Assembly (NCBI GenBank): GCA_038087875.1
Contig: CM075991.1
Span: forward strand, 9,426,001 to 9,490,000
Origin: Malacoraja senta
Taxonomy: Eukaryota
Length of the DNA stretch: 64,000 nt
Direction of reading: 5' to 3'
Shown here: positions 38,239 to 52,331 of the stretch, in pieces
Layout of the letters: each line of letters begins with the position of its first letter
How positions within the stretch are numbered: position 1 is the first letter of the stretch
Notes under the pieces: model-generated
What the model saw: only the letters and a program-made list of their open reading frames with translations
Told to the model about the DNA's origin: nothing
The model's database searches: none
Position numbers and translations under genes: made by a program

Positions 38239-38560
38239 TAGATGCTTCCACTAGTGGGAGAGTCTCGGATCAGAGGCCATCGTCTCAGAATAAAAGGACG
38301 TACCTTTAGGAAGGAGATGAGGAGGAATTTCTTTAGGCAGGGGGTGGTGAATCTGTGGATTTCATTGCCACAGAAAGCTGTGGAGGCCAAGTCAATTCTG
38401 AAGGCAGAGATCGATAGATTCTTGATTAGTAAGGGTATCAGGGGTTATGGGGAGAAGGCAGGAGAATGGGGTTGAGAGGGAAAGATAGATCAGCCATGAT
38501 TGAACAGCGGAGTAGACTTGATTGGCAGAATGGCCTAATTCGGTTCCTAGAACCTATGAA
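38239..38560 (+). mobile_element. CR1-like LINE 3' end
   Basis: ORF 38242-38475 is the CR1 ORF2 C-terminus. Confidence 0.85.
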
Positions 38561-39580
38561 CTTACGAAATCACTGCATGGAAAACACTGTAAATGCTCAG
38601 CATGGAGTCATAGAGCGATACAGCGTGGAAACAGGTCCTTCGGCCCAACTTGCCCACATCGGCCAACATATCCCAGCTACACTAGTCCCACCTGCCTGCG
38701 TTTGGTCCATGTCCCTCCAAACCTGTCCTATCCATGTACCTGTCTAACTGTTTCTTAAACGTTGCAATATTCCCTGCCTCAATTACCTCCTCTGGCAGCT
38801 GGTTCCATACACCCACCACCCTTTGTATGAAAAAGTGACCCCTCAGATTCCAATTAAATATTTCCCCCTTCACCTTAAATGCTCAGCAGGTCAGTCAGCC
38901 TGTGTGGAACTCTAAAAAGTGAAGTTAATAGCATTTTCTGTTTTTAATTTAAAATTTCCAGCATCTGCAATTCTGTTTTTTATTAGCTTTGGAAACCAAT
39001 TTGAATTTCTGTGTTTCCAGAACATATGGCTCATTTCTAGTAACACTCTTTTGCAGCTTTAAACACCATAGCTATGTTGTATGTTAACGGTTCAACATCT
39101 ATTACTTTCATTTGAGTTTATATTTCAAAGGCATTATTGTTTAAATAAATGAGATTAGTCTTGTGATCTAGCACAGGCATATGTGTGTAGCTTTGAGCAG
39201 ACTTAAAACCAAGATCCCCATGGGAATGCATTGAAAATGAACCACACGTTTTGAGTAAGATACTGAATAAAAAGACAGTAAAGGCAACTAAAATCTAATT
39301 ACTTTTCAATGCAGTTTAAATTGAAAATTCATAGAGTGCATTTAAGCTAACACTTAAAGATAAATAATAGCTTCAACTCACTGCCGTGATACAAATGAAA
39401 TAAACAAAATGTTTATCTGTGTTAAACTTCAACAAAGGATTAACAATGAGTGAACATCAGACTTCACTCAGAGGTGACAACACCACTTCAATGCAATTCC
39501 TAAATTTGTCCCCTGTCTTTCAGGGCAGCTGTTAAAGCATCATGTTAAAGCTGAGACATGTCATTGAAAATACAAAGTTA

Positions 39581-40561
39581 CATTAGCAAATTTGCAGATT
39601 CAAAGTAACATTAGCAAATTTGCAGATGACACAAAGCTGGGTGGCAGTGTGAACTGTGAGGAGGATGCTATGAGAATGCAGGGTGACTTGGACAGGTAGG
39701 GGTGGGTGGGCAGATGCATGGCAGATTAAGTTTAATGCGGATAAATGTGAGGTTATCCACTTTGGTAGCAAAAACAGGAAGGCAAATTAATATCTAAATG
39801 GCGTCAAGTTGGGAAAAGGGGAAGTACAACGGGATCTGGGGGTCCTTGTACATCAGTCTATGAAAGTAAGCATGCAGGTACAGCAGGCAGTGAAGAAAGC
39901 GAATGGCATGTTGGCCTTTATAACAAGAGGAATAGAATACAGGAGCAAAGAGGCCCTTCTGCAGTTGTATAGAGCCCTAGGGAGACCACACCTGGACTAT
40001 TGTGTGCAGTTTTGGTCCCCTAATTTGAGGAAGGACATTCTTGCCATTGAGGGAGTGCAGCGTAGATTTACAAGGTTAATTCCCGGGATGGCGGGACTGT
40101 CATATGCTGAGAGAATGGAGCAGCTGGGCTTGTACACTCTGGAGTTTAGAAGGATGAGAGGGTATCTCATTGAAACATATAAGATTGTTAAGGGCTTGGA
40201 CACGCTAGAGGCAGAAAACTTGTTCCCGATGTTGGGTGAGTCCAGAACCAGGGGCCACAGTTTAAGAATAAGGAATAAGCCATTTAGAACGGAGACGAGG
40301 AAACACTTTTTCTCACAAAGAGTGGTGAGTGTGGAATTCTCTGCCTCAGAGGGCGGTGGAGGCAGGTTCTCTGGATGCTTTCAAGAGAAAGCTAGATAGG
40401 GCTCTTAAAAATAGAGGAGTCAGGGGATATGGGGAGAAGGCAGGAACGGGGTACTGATTGTGGATGATCAGCCATGATCACATTGAATGGCGGTGCTGGC
40501 TCAAAGGGCCAAATAGCCAACTCCAGCACCTATTATCTATTGTCTATTGTCTATTGTCTAT
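39581..40561 (+). mobile_element. CR1/HER1-like LINE, 5'-truncated (RT C-terminal half)
   Basis: SKFADDTKLGG motif at the 5' end; ORF 39809-40399 RDLGVLV..LYRALGRPHLDYCVQFWSP..RTRGHSLRI; (TATTGTC)n tail. Confidence 0.92.
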
Positions 40562-40676
40562 AAAATTGGAAGGAGAAAGAATTAAATTGGATTTCATGAC
40601 TTCTTTAACTCTGTGTATTTTTAAACACGAAATGCACTTTGAGAAACACTTGAGTAAACTAACCAACTAACTTCAA

Positions 40677-40897
40677 CAGGAGGTCCCTGCTTTCTCCTCC
40701 CCTCCCTCAGCCCACTGTCTCTGCCTCCTCCTTTCTTCTTCCTGCCCCCCCCCCACCCTCACATCAGTCTGAAGAAGGGTCTCGACCCGAAACGTTGCCT
40801 ATTTCCTTCTCTCCATAGATGCTGCCTCACCCGCTGAATTTCTCCAGCATTTTTGTTTACCTTCGATTTTCCAGCATCTGCAGTTCCTTCTTAAACA
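40677..40897 (+). mobile_element. Penelope-like solo pLTR with 12-bp TSD and hammerhead core at 40769-40796
   Basis: AACTAACTTCAA at 40665-40676 and 40898-40909; matches the 3' part of 60520-61144. Confidence 0.8.
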
Positions 40898-41206
40898 AAC
40901 TAACTTCAATATATAACTTGAACAAGTAATTCTCAGATCAGCATCAGCTTTAGTTTCATTGTGGTGGTGATGAAAATGATTGAAGAGGGTCAGTCCAAAA
41001 CCAATTAACCTGCAAACCTGTACGTCTTTGGAGTGTGGGAGGAAACCGGAGCACCCGGGGAAAACCCACGCGGGTCACGGGGAGAACGTACAGACAGCAC
41101 CCATAGTCAGGATCAAACCCGGGTCCCTGGTGCTTGTAAGGCAGCAACTCTACCGCTGCGCCACCATGCCCATGAATATTATAAGCCGAATGATCGGTTC
41201 TTGCGC

Positions 41207-41760
41207 TGTTCCCATGTTCCCATGTCCCATGTTGCCATGTTGCATGTTCCATGTTCCATGTTCCCATGTTCCCATGTTCCATGTTCCCATGTTCCCATGT
41301 CCTCATGTCCCATGTCCCATGTTTCCATGTTCTCAGTTTCCATGTTTCCATGATCCCATGTTCCCATGTTCCCATCCCATGTTCCATGTTTCCATGTTCC
41401 CATGTTCCCATGTCCCATGTTTCCATGTCCCATGTTCCCATGTCCCATGTTTCCATGTTCCCATGTCCCATGTCCCATGTCCCATGTTTCCATGTTCCAT
41501 GTTCCCATGTTCCCATGTTCCATGTTCCATGTTCCATGTTCCCATGTTCCCATGTTCCCATGTCCCATGTTTCCATGTTCCCATGTCCCATGTTCCCATG
41601 TTCTCATGTCCCATGTTCCATGTTCCATGTTCCATGTTTCCATGTTTCCATGTCCCATGTTTCCATGTTTCCATGTTCCCATGTCCCATGTTTCCATGTT
41701 CCCATGTTCCCATGTCCCATGTTTCCATGTTTCCATGTTCCCATATTTCCATGTTCCATT
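41207..41760 (+). repeat. Mixed 7/8-bp tandem repeat (CCATGTT / CCCATGT / CCATGTTT)
   Basis: ~550 bp of CATG-anchored units; explains the spurious repetitive ORFs in all frames. Confidence 0.95.
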
Positions 41761-41804
41761 CAACTGCATCAAAGAGAAACTTCACCTGGACCGCTTTCCC
41801 TTCA

Positions 41805-42372
41805 CAAGTTCACAAGTTATAAGAGTAGAATTAGGCCATTTGGCCCATCGATACCACTCCGCCAATCAATCATGGCTGATCACTGCCTCCTAGTCCTGTT
41901 TTCCTGCCTTCTCCCCATAACGCTTGACACCGGTTCTAATCAAGAATTTGTGTATCTCGGCCTTAAAAATATCTACTGACGGCCTCCACTGGGCACTGTG
42001 GCAATGAGTTCTACAGATTAACTACCTTCTGACTAAAGAAGTTCCTTCCTCACCTCCTTTCTAAAAGAGCGCCCTTTAATCCTGAGGTTGTGACCTCTGG
42101 TCCTCGACTCTCCCACCAATGGAAACATCCTTCCACATCCACTCTGTCTATGCCTTCCATTGTTCTGTAAGTTTCAATGAGGTCCCCCCTCAACCTTCTA
42201 AACTCCAGCGAGTACAGGCCCAGTGCTGTCAAACGCTTACTCTTCATATGCTAACCCACCCATTCCTGGAATCATTCTTGTAAATCTCCTCTGCACCCTC
42301 TCCAGAGCCAGCACACCCTTCCTCGGGTATGGGGACAACATTTGCTCACAGTGCTCCAAATGCGGCCTTATA
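41805..42372 (-). mobile_element. CR1-like LINE 3' fragment
   Basis: LGLYSLEFRRLRGDLIETY motif and CR1 3'UTR. Confidence 0.88.
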
Positions 42373-44078
42373 GAGCCTCAACCCTGGTCGCAAACAGAGT
42401 TTCAGTCAATTTGCTGCCCGACTTGCTGCCAACCAGATAGAATAAGAGGCAGCTGCATCCAGACTAATCCTCCACAAAACAGCATCAAATGGGTAATGAG
42501 TTTGCAATTTAATTAATCCCTCACTCAAACTGGAAGAGCAAAGATATTTAACATTTTTGCGATGGCATGTAATCAGTGTACCATAATTAATTTCCTGAGA
42601 AAAAAAAAAAATACGTTAAAGGATTTGGATAATTAGATGCAAATTTGCAGATAATGCCCTTGATTGGAGTGTTGAACAGAAGCCTCAGTCGCAAACTCCT
42701 GCAAGTATCTGACAGATAGCTTGACGTGACAGAAAGAATGTTAAAGCTGTAAGTAACAAGAAAATGCTGGAAATACTCGGCAGCTCAGGCAGCGTAGGTG
42801 GAGAAGGAAACCGAGTTGACATCTCAGATTAATAATCTGTCACCCATACTAGAAGTCCTTAGAAACTTAGATACTTAGGGGCGGCACAGTGGTGGAGCGG
42901 TAATGTTGCTGCCTTACAGCGTCGGAGACCCAGGTTCGACCGTGTTTTCTCCGGGTGCTCCGGTTTCCTCCCGCACTCCAAAGACGTACAAGTTTGTAGC
43001 TTAATTGGCTTTGGTAAGTTGCAAAATTGTTCCCAGTGTGTATAGGTTAGTGTACGGGGTGATCGCTGGTCTCGATGGGCCGAAGGGCCTGTTTCCGCTC
43101 TGCAGCTCCAAAGTCTAAAGTCAATCATATTTTATGCTGCAAGGAAGGGGAGGGTGTAATGGAAAACAGAGGGGATGTCTGTGATAGAGGGGACATTAAA
43201 TGGCGATGGTGGTGTCAGCTAAAGGTGGGTGCCGAAGGCTTGGTGGGAATGTGGGAGGAATAAAAATATATATTAATGTCGGGTTATAGGTTTAAAGTGA
43301 TTGAGGACAGATTTAATAGGAACATAAGTGTCAACATTCTTACACAGAGGATGATGGGTACACAGAACAATCTGCCAGAGAAAGTAGTTGAAGCAGCTTC
43401 AATAACAATATTTGGACAGGTACATGGATAGGATAAGATTAGAGGCAAATGGGTTTAATTTAGATGGGCCATTTTGGTCGGCTTGGACGAGTCGGGCCAA
43501 AGGGCATGTTTCCATGTTGTATGACTCTGTCTCTAGTGTCAATGGGTGGTTGATGATCAGTGTAGATTTGATGGGCCAAAGAGTCTGCTTCTGTTCTGTG
43601 TGACAAGGTGTGTAGGAAGGAACTGCAGATGCTGGAAACCGGCCCTTCGGCCCAACATGCCCATACTGTAGATTAGTGGCTCATGCTATGAGTCATGCTT
43701 TTGTAGTTACGCCCACTAGCTTATCTACTGCACTCGTCAGCCTAAAGTGAACTCTCAAGTGAGAATTTGTAGTTGTTTATTCTAAATAAACAGTGTATAA
43801 CCTGAGGTATACAAAAATGCTGGAGAAACTCAGCGGGTGCAGCAGCATCCATGGAGCGAAGGAGATAGGCAATGTTTTGGGCCGAAACCCTTCTTCTGAT
43901 GTGAGGTCTTTATGCGACTTGATGTGAGGTCTTTATTATTACAAGGACTCTACATCAACACACACCGCCCAACATGTCCCGTCTACACTAGTTCCACCTG
44001 CCTGAGTGTGGCCCATAATCCCATGCTGTATGGCTCTAAGTGAAATGGAGGAAAGCACAGAGTGTTGCAGTATCTATG

Positions 44079-44249
44079 AAGATAGACACAAAATGCTGGA
44101 GTAACTCAGCGGGACAGGCAGCATCTCTGCGGAGAAGGAATGGGTGACGTTTTGGTCTGAAGAAGCGTCTCGACCTGAAACGTCACCCATTCTTTCTCTC
44201 CAGAGATGCTGCCTGTCCCGCTGAGTTACTCCAGCATTTTGTGTCTATC
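44079..44249. mobile_element. Palindromic PLE pLTR-end cassette with hammerhead-like core at 44157-44184
   Basis: Arms of ~70 bp are reverse complements. Confidence 0.75.
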
Positions 44250-44441
44250 ATTTATATGACATGGTGGCTTGCTTATATATGTCACAGTAATGGCTGATTT
44301 TTAACTATAAATAATTGTTTTATGTAACCTGATAGGAGAAATTAAAAATCCTCATCTTCTCAGCATTGTTCCATAGTGTGACCACTATGTTTACCATTAT
44401 GAATCACATTATCTCACAGCCTTTTATTCCCTACATAAATT

Positions 44442-45032
44442 CACAAGTTCACAAATTATAGTAGAATTAGGCCATTTGGCCCATCAAGTCTACACCACCA
44501 TTCAATCATGGCTGATATCTGCCTCCTAATCCCATTTTCCTGCCTTCTCCCCATAACCCTTGACACCCGTTCTAATCAAGAATTTGTCTATCTCTGCCTT
44601 AAAAATATCCACTGACTTAGCCTCCACAGCCCACTGTGGCAATGAGTTCCACAGATTAACTAGCCTCTGGTAAAGAAGTTCCTCCTCACCTCCTTTCTAA
44701 AAGAACACCCTTTAATTCTGAGGCTATGACTTCTGGTCCTAGACTCTCCCACCAGTGGAAACATCCTTTCCACATCCACTCTATCTATGCCTTTCATTAT
44801 ACTGTAAGTTTCAATGAGGTTCCCCCTCAACCTTCTAAACCCCAGCGGGTACAGGCCCAGTGTTGTCAAACACTCGCTCATCATATGCTAACCCACTCAT
44901 TCCTGGAATCATTCTTGTAAACCTCCTCTGGACCCCCTCCAGACCCAGCACATCCTTCCTCCGATATGGGGCCCAAATTTGCTGACAGTACTCCAAACGC
45001 GTTCTGACCAGCGCCTTATGGAGCCTCAGCAT
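44442..45032 (-). mobile_element. CR1-like LINE 3' fragment
   Basis: KALVRTRLEYC..LEGVQRRFTRMIPG and RTRSHSLRIKG motifs. Confidence 0.88.
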
Positions 45033-45564
45033 TGCACTTCTGCATCCCGGGACCTGGCTTGGATGAGGAAGGAATGTTTGCTTGCAAAGCTTGTTGCAGT
45101 ACAACAGTTCAAACACCAGGTGGAGCAGAGGGAATAGAAAGTGAATCAAAGATAGACACAAAAGGCTGGAGTAACTCAGTGGGACAGGCCGCATCTCTGG
45201 AGAGAAGGAATGGGTGACGTTTCAGGTCGAGACCTTCAGAGCTAATCAATTTGATTTCGCACCTGAATCGATTCCGAAATGCTTTCAGAGTTCCGATTCT
45301 CGATTTCGCACAAGTCTAACTGAAATTATAAAATCTGTGCTTCCACTACAGTGTAATCCCAATCTTCCTACCTAACTCATTGCAGATATTGGGCTTTTTC
45401 TCTGTAACTAACGCTATAATGTTGCGACACTTTATTCTACACTCTGGGATTTTCTCTTTGTTGTACTTGTGAAAGGCTTCATTCTATTCAGGTGCAATTT
45501 GATTTGATTTGACTGGATAGCAATCAAACAAAAGCATTTCACTGTATCGCAGTACACATGACAA

Positions 45565-46016
45565 GGGCGTTCGCGGTGGCTCAGCGGTAGAGTTGCTGCC
45601 TTACAGCGCTTGCAGCAGCCGGAGACCCAGTTCAATCTCGACTACGGGTGCTGTCTTGTACCTTCTCCCTGTGACCGCGTGGGTTTTCTCCGAGATCTAC
45701 GGTTCCCTCCCACACTCCAAAGACGAACATGTATGAAGGTTAAATGTTTAAGAAGGAACTGCAGATGCTGGAAAATCGAAGGTGGACAAAAATGCTGGAG
45801 AAACTCAGCGGGTGCAGCAGCATCTATGGAGCGAAGGAAATAGGCAACGTTTCGGGCCAAAACCCTTCTTCAGATTAATTAGCTGGGTGTATGTGTAAAT
45901 TATCCCTAGTGTGTGTAGGATAGTGTTAATGTGCGGGGGTTGCTGGTCGGCGTGGACCCGGTGGGCCGAAGGGCCTGTTTCTACGCTGTATCTCTAAACT
46001 AAACAAAAACTAAACA
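45565..46016 (+). mobile_element. HE1-like SINE interrupted by a PLE pLTR end (hammerhead core 45846-45873, minus strand)
   Basis: SINE halves flank the 45745-45875 insert. Confidence 0.8.
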
Positions 46017-46273
46017 ATAAACTAATACCAATAAAGCATGCACACGCTGCTTCATTTGGTCCGCACATATTTTTTCACTCTCGAATTTTGTTGGTCTTTA
46101 CACAACTTAATAATTAGAAGATTATTAGGAAGATTATTCTTCCTCAGTCTGAAGAAGGGTCTCGACACAAACGTTGCCCATTCCTTCTCTCCAGAGATGC
46201 TGCCTCACCCGCTGAGTTACTCCAACATTTTGTGTCTACCTTCGATTTTACCAGCATCTGCAGTTCTTTCTTA

Positions 46274-46475
46274 AGGGCCTGTCCCACTTGGCCATCATTT
46301 GCGCGCCATTTACGCGACCTGGTAGCGTGTGGGTAGCGCGGGACGGGCGCATGGAGTGGCGTGGAGGAGTGTGGAGTTGCGCGCGGTATATCGCAACGCT
46401 CCAGGATTTCGTTCTGCACAAAATCTTCGCGCGCCACCAGCCTGTCGCGTAAATGACGGCCAGGTGGGACACCCT
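46274..46475. mobile_element. PIF/Harbinger-type MITE (family 2 relative)
   Basis: Left TIR AGGGCCTGTCCCACTTGG after TTA; degenerate right end GTGGGACACCCT. Confidence 0.65.
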
Positions 46476-47739
46476 GGCGCGGAGCAACGTCTCACCTCCA
46501 ACAGCAGCAGAAGCAGGCAAACGATCGCCGAGCTCGGCCTGGGGCTCACGGCTGTTGCGGATCCGGATCCGCCCCGACTCCTACTCCCAGAGCGGGGCCA
46601 AGACGATTGGAGACAGACACAAAATGCAGGGGTAACTCAGCGGGACCGGCAGCATCTCTGGAGAGAAGCAATGGGTGACGTTTCAGGTCGAGACCCTTCT
46701 TCAGACTGAAGAAGATAGTCCCTATTCACTACGCTCCTGTAAAAGAAATAACAAGTCTCTTCCTTTTACAAATGTAATCCTGGTTGTTGCAACAATTCCT
46801 GGAGTTCGGAATTCAGGAGATGATCACCACCAGGGGGAGTGTGAACAGTCAAATTGACCAAAGATAGACACAAAATGCTGAAGTAACTCAGCAGGACAGG
46901 CAGTCTATCTCTATCTCTGCCTTAAAATCATGAGAGGAATAGATCAGATAGATACATAGAGTCCCTTGCCCAGAGTAGGTGAATCGAGGACCAGAGGACA
47001 TAGGTTTAAGGTGAAGCAGAAAACATCTAATAGGAATCTGAGGGGTATTTTTCTCACACAAGAGGGTGGTGGGTGTATGGAACAAGCTGCCAAAGGAGGT
47101 TAAGAAACAGTTTGACAGGTACATGGATAGGACAGGTTAGGAGTGATATGAGCCAAACGCAGGTAGGTGGGACTAGTGTAGCTGGGACTTGCTGGCCATT
47201 GTGGGCAAGTTGGGCCGAAGGGCCTGTTTCCACACCGTATCACTCTCTGACTCTAAGTGCTTAGTTAAATTCAAAATAGGGGCGTGGAAGGTGCTACAGA
47301 ATTGCAAGTCTTTCCATCTTGTGCAGGCAGCATCTTAATGAATCTGCCAGCGAGCACAAGGGCAAACCATTCCTGCTGCACTAAATTGTAATTCACTGCA
47401 CAGTTTAATCCCGTTAAGCAGTGGCTCACTAACTTAATTTACTGTGAATTCAGAACTCCAATTATTAATGAATATATTCGATTGACATTTCTTACCAATT
47501 TTGAAAAGTAACAGGAATTTAATTCCCTGTCACTGCTGGTAATTTTACATGAGGTCATAATAAGGAATCTTAATGTTAGAATCCCAACTAATAATTGGAG
47601 TTGGGTTTTGTATACTGCCATGTGTACTGAGGTACGGTGAAAAGCTTGTGTTGCGTGCTCACCAGTCAGAGGAAAGACCATACATGATCACAATCGAGCC
47701 GTCCACAGTGTACAGATAAATGAGTGGATCGATTGTAAT

Positions 47740-48252
47740 GTGCAGGAAAGAACTGCAGATGCTGGTTTAAATCGAAGATAGACACAAAATGCTGGAGTAA
47801 CTCAGCGGGACAGGCAGCATCTCTGGAGAGAAGGAATGGGTGACATTTCGGGTCGAGACCCTTCTTCAGACTGATGTCAGGGGAGTGGGCAGTACAGAGT
47901 TAAAATGTGGACAGTAAGTCTGTTCGGAGAGGAATGAAGGGGTTACTTGATGTTAGAGAAGTCAATGTTCATACTGCTACCCAAGCGAAATATGAGGTGC
48001 TGTTCACTCTGACAATGGAGGCGGCCCAGGGCAGAAAGGTCAGTGTGGGAATGGGAAGGGGAAGTTAGAGTGTTGAGCAACCGGGAGATCAGGTAGGTTT
48101 AAGCGGACTGAGCGGAGGTGTTCAGCGAACCGATCGCCGAGCCTGAGTTTGGTCTCGCTGATATACAGGAGTCCACACCTGGAACATCGGATACAGTAGA
48201 TGAGGATGGAGGAGGTGCAAGAGAACCTCTGCCTCACCTGAAAAGGCTGTCA
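47740..48252 (-). mobile_element. Penelope-like element 3' fragment (GIY-YIG EN plus pLTR)
   Basis: ORF 48040-48237(-) RFSCTSSILIYCIRCSRCGLLYISETKLRLGDRFAEH. Confidence 0.85.
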
Positions 48253-50415
48253 GGGTTTGTAATGTGTAGTTTAGATTAGCTGGTGCGGGATTTCAGATCC
48301 ACGTCTGTGACCAGTACACAAAGAGTCGCCTGGGGTGGACACCATCAAAGTGATTTGTGTTTTATAATGCAAAAGTATTTTTATAGAAACTGTTTAATTA
48401 GGCCACTAAAGATTGAAACCTTTTATGGGCAAGCATTCCCTGGAAAATTGGACTTTGAGGAGGCTTTGCTTCATTCCAATGGCTTTGGGGGGATTTGCAC
48501 GATTGAGTTCAGCTGCTGTTTGTATATTCAAGGCTGAGACCAGGGTCCTAATGGAATATACCAGACCAAGCCCTGCATTGGCCGTTAAACATTTCTTAAA
48601 GGCATGATCAGAGAAGGTATTACAGAAAAGGATGAATGCACAGAGTCTTTTAACCAAGGTAGGAGAGGCATGAACAGAAGGAACATTAGGACACAGGTCT
48701 AAGGTGAGAGGGCCTAGATTTCATAGAAACCCGAGAAGCAACTTTTTCATTCAGATTCAGCCCATCAAGTCTACTCCTCCATTCAACTGAATGAATGAAA
48801 TCATGAATTAATGAATAGGTTTATTGGCCGAGTATATTCACATACAAGGAATTTGCCTTGGTGCTCCACCCGCAAGTGACAACATGACATACATTGACAG
48901 TTAGGAATGACACATAAAACATTAAACATTAATAATTAATAATAAAACAAAAAATCATGGCTGATCTATCTCTCCCTCCTAACCCCATTCTCCTGTCTTC
49001 TCCCCATAACCCCTGACACCTGTACTAATCAAGAATCTATCTATCTCTGCCTTAAAAATATCAATTGATGGCCTGCACAGCCTTCTGTCGCAAAGAATTC
49101 TGCAGATTCACCAACCTCTGACTAAAGAAATTCCTTCTCGTCTACTTCCTAAAGGAACGTCCTTTAATTCTGAGGCAATGACCTCTGGTCTTAGATTCTC
49201 CCACTAGTGAAAACATCCTCTCCACATCCACTCTATCCAGGCCTTTCACTAATCGGTAAGTTTCAGTGAGGTTCCCCCTCATCTTTCCAAACTCCAGTGA
49301 GTAGAGGTAGGAAGCATTTATAAGACACTTGGATAGTTCCCTGGATAGGAAAAGGTCAGAGTGAAGGCAAGCACAAAAGGCTGAAGTAACTCAGCGGGTC
49401 GGGGTGCGTCTCTGGAGAGAAGGAATAGGTGACGTTTTGGGTCGAGTCCCTTCTTTCCTCCCTACACAAGGTTCAGAGGGATATGGGCCAAATGCGGGGG
49501 AAATGGGACTGCCTTAGATCGGGGATCTTGCTCAGAATGGACAAGTTGGGCCGAAGGGCCTGTTTTCATGCTGTATGACTCAATGTTTCTATTTCTGTTC
49601 TGTTGTTCTTTTTCAACCGATTAACCTACCAGAGTGTCTTTGGGACGATGGAGGAAAAGCAACATGGTCAAATAGAGATCTTGCAAACTCCCCACCGACC
49701 CAAGGTCAGGATCGAACCCTGGTCCCTGGATGGCAAGACAGCAGCACTATCTGTTTACTCTTCATTGTTTCATCTTCTGACCAAGGTCTCTCTAGTGACC
49801 ATCATCATGCTAATGCCTATTTAGAAGCAATCACTAATAGCCTGGAGTACCGGCCAATTCCCACAGTAATTACATTTTCCACTAATCCACCAAAATAAAA
49901 AAAAAGCTTGCTATTAAATATAGAAACACTCATTTTTCGCATAGACTGTGAATGTTTGCAAGTTCTTGGGTGCAAGGTCAAATAAAGCATTTCCCCAAAT
50001 GGTGCCCCTACTGTCTGCAATGGACATAAATGTGAAGGAAATGTTTCCTTCGCTGTGCATGAAGTAAAAGCAAAAGAAATAAGAAGGGTCTCCACCCGAA
50101 ACGTCACCTGTCCTTCGCTCCATAGATGCTGCCTCACTCGCTGAGTTTCTCCAGCATTTTTATCTACCTTCATGAAATATAAATGTCATATGTTCCTCAC
50201 ACTGAACTGCGTATTGATGTCGTGAGGCTGTTTAACATTGCTGTGTAAATCCATTCAAATACCCAAATGACAATACAGCAAGAATTTGCAACTGCTCCTT
50301 CCAAATTCAACTTTCTTTATCTTTTGAAAGAATCTTTTATTTTCCGAAAGGTCACTGTGCTGACGAAGATATGGAGGGGAGGGAACCTGACCACCAAGCC
50401 CGAGGACTATATTGA

Positions 50416-50711
50416 TGGGCGGTACAGCGGTAGGGTTGCTGCCTTACAGCGCCAGAGACCCGGGTTCCATCCTGACCACGCTAGCTGTCTGAACAGAGTT
50501 TGCACGTTCTCGCTGTGACCTGGGTGGGTTTTCCCCGGGAAGGTCGGTTTCCTCCCACACTCCAAAAACGTACAGGTTTGTAGGTTCATTGGCTTTGTAT
50601 AAGTGTAAATTGTTCCGATGGTGTGTAGGATAGTGTCAGCGTGCGGGGATCGGAGCGGACTCGGTGGGCCGAAGGGCCTGTTTCCGCGCTGTATCTCTAA
50701 AACTAAACTAA
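50416..50711 (+). mobile_element. HE1-like SINE
   Basis: Head, core and tail. Confidence 0.85.
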
Positions 50712-52331
50712 TGCAGGTGATGATAAACACAGTGGACTTACATCAGAGGACAACAGAGGAGGATGACTGAACTTTGGTGCCTTCCCTCGCAGTGGGAAAC
50801 TTTGATCCCGCTGTGTGGGAATGTCTGTGTTAAAGACTATCGTGTTCTGTGCTCTTTATTATTCGTATGGCAGTATGGCGACCACCAATTGGTACATGTG
50901 ACAATAAATGTCTCTTGTCTCAACTTGAACACGAGAGGCTACATTTCCCCTTGATCCTAATGAGAACTTCCAACTAAGACCTTTCCTTAATTTTCCCATG
51001 CGGCACATCTGGAATCACTTTTTTGTTCCGTATTCTTATTTGTATTCCGTTTGCATTAATGTTCATTCGGCTCCGGATACAACTCTTTCTCCAGCCAACA
51101 TAGAGCGTCGGCACCCACTCACAATGGAAATATATCAGGGCGTTGCTTTTCAAAATTGAGTTGGCTCCAGCTGAGAGCCATCTGTCCACCATCACCCCTC
51201 TCTGTCTCAAGTTTGTATATATTCTCCCACAACTATCCATTCCCACTTCTGAAGCCTTCATAACTTTACTTCACATTGGTCGAAAAGAGAGTGGGCAGAA
51301 TATATATTTGAATAGCCATTGAATCTCCACATCCCAGACTGTTCTGGCGACGATAGAGTTGGAGAAGAAGGGTCTCGACCCTAAACGTCACCCATTCCTT
51401 CCCTCCAGAGATGCAACCTGTCCCGCTGAGTTACTCCAGTATTTTGTGTCTATCTCCTCTAGAGACCTGTTTGTAGAAAGGAACTGTATATGCATGGTCG
51501 GGATCGAACCTGGGTCTCTGGCGCTGTAGGGGCTGTCCCACTTGGGCGACCTAATTGACAGCAACTCTACCAGCGATCCCCGCATATTTTACACTATCCT
51601 ACACACACCTGGGACAAGTTATAATTTTACCGAAGCCAATTTACCTACAAACCTGTATGTCTTTAGAGTGTGGGATTGAGAACCGGAGAAAACCTATGTG
51701 CCCATGGAGAACGAAGAAACTCCGTACAGACAGCACCCGTAGTCAGGATCAAACTCGCGTCTGTGAGGCAGAAAATCTACCGCTGTGCCACCAAGCCGCC
51801 TCCGAGATCGCAGGACCACATTCAGCCCCTTGATCTTGTTCTGCCCTTCCCTGAGATCAGAGCTGATCTGTACATCCCGCAAATCCCTTAAAACCTTTGG
51901 ACATCAAAGCCTCGGATTTAAACTTAACAATTGGCTGAGCAACAGCAGAGAAGTAGGTCTTAAAATTTTACCATTCCTCGCAGGTAAAAGTGCTTTCTAA
52001 ATTCCCAAAGGTCTGGCTCGTATTATTCAGGCTTTGAACTTTTGTCCCAGACTCCAGACGAAATAATTTCGCTCGGCCAGTTCACCTTGAAATGTTTCAG
52101 CAAAATCCTCCCTGAACCACCCCAGACAGCACTGAATTTTCTGACGGTACCTCACAGGAGATAAAATATTAGACTCTCTTGACTTAGTGGTCCGGTGTGA
52201 AAAGAGGGAAGGCGTGGGTAACCCTTGCAGAGTGAAAATCTGAAATTAAAACATTCAGCAGGTCAGCCAGCACCTGTGGGGGGGGAACACGTTGCTCATG
52301 TTTTTGACTCTCTGTCGGAGCTGGGCGATCT

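Noticed and set aside
40956..41979. Long ORFs (150-280 aa) in several frames
   Set aside because: Artefact of the stop-free CCATGTT-type tandem repeat.
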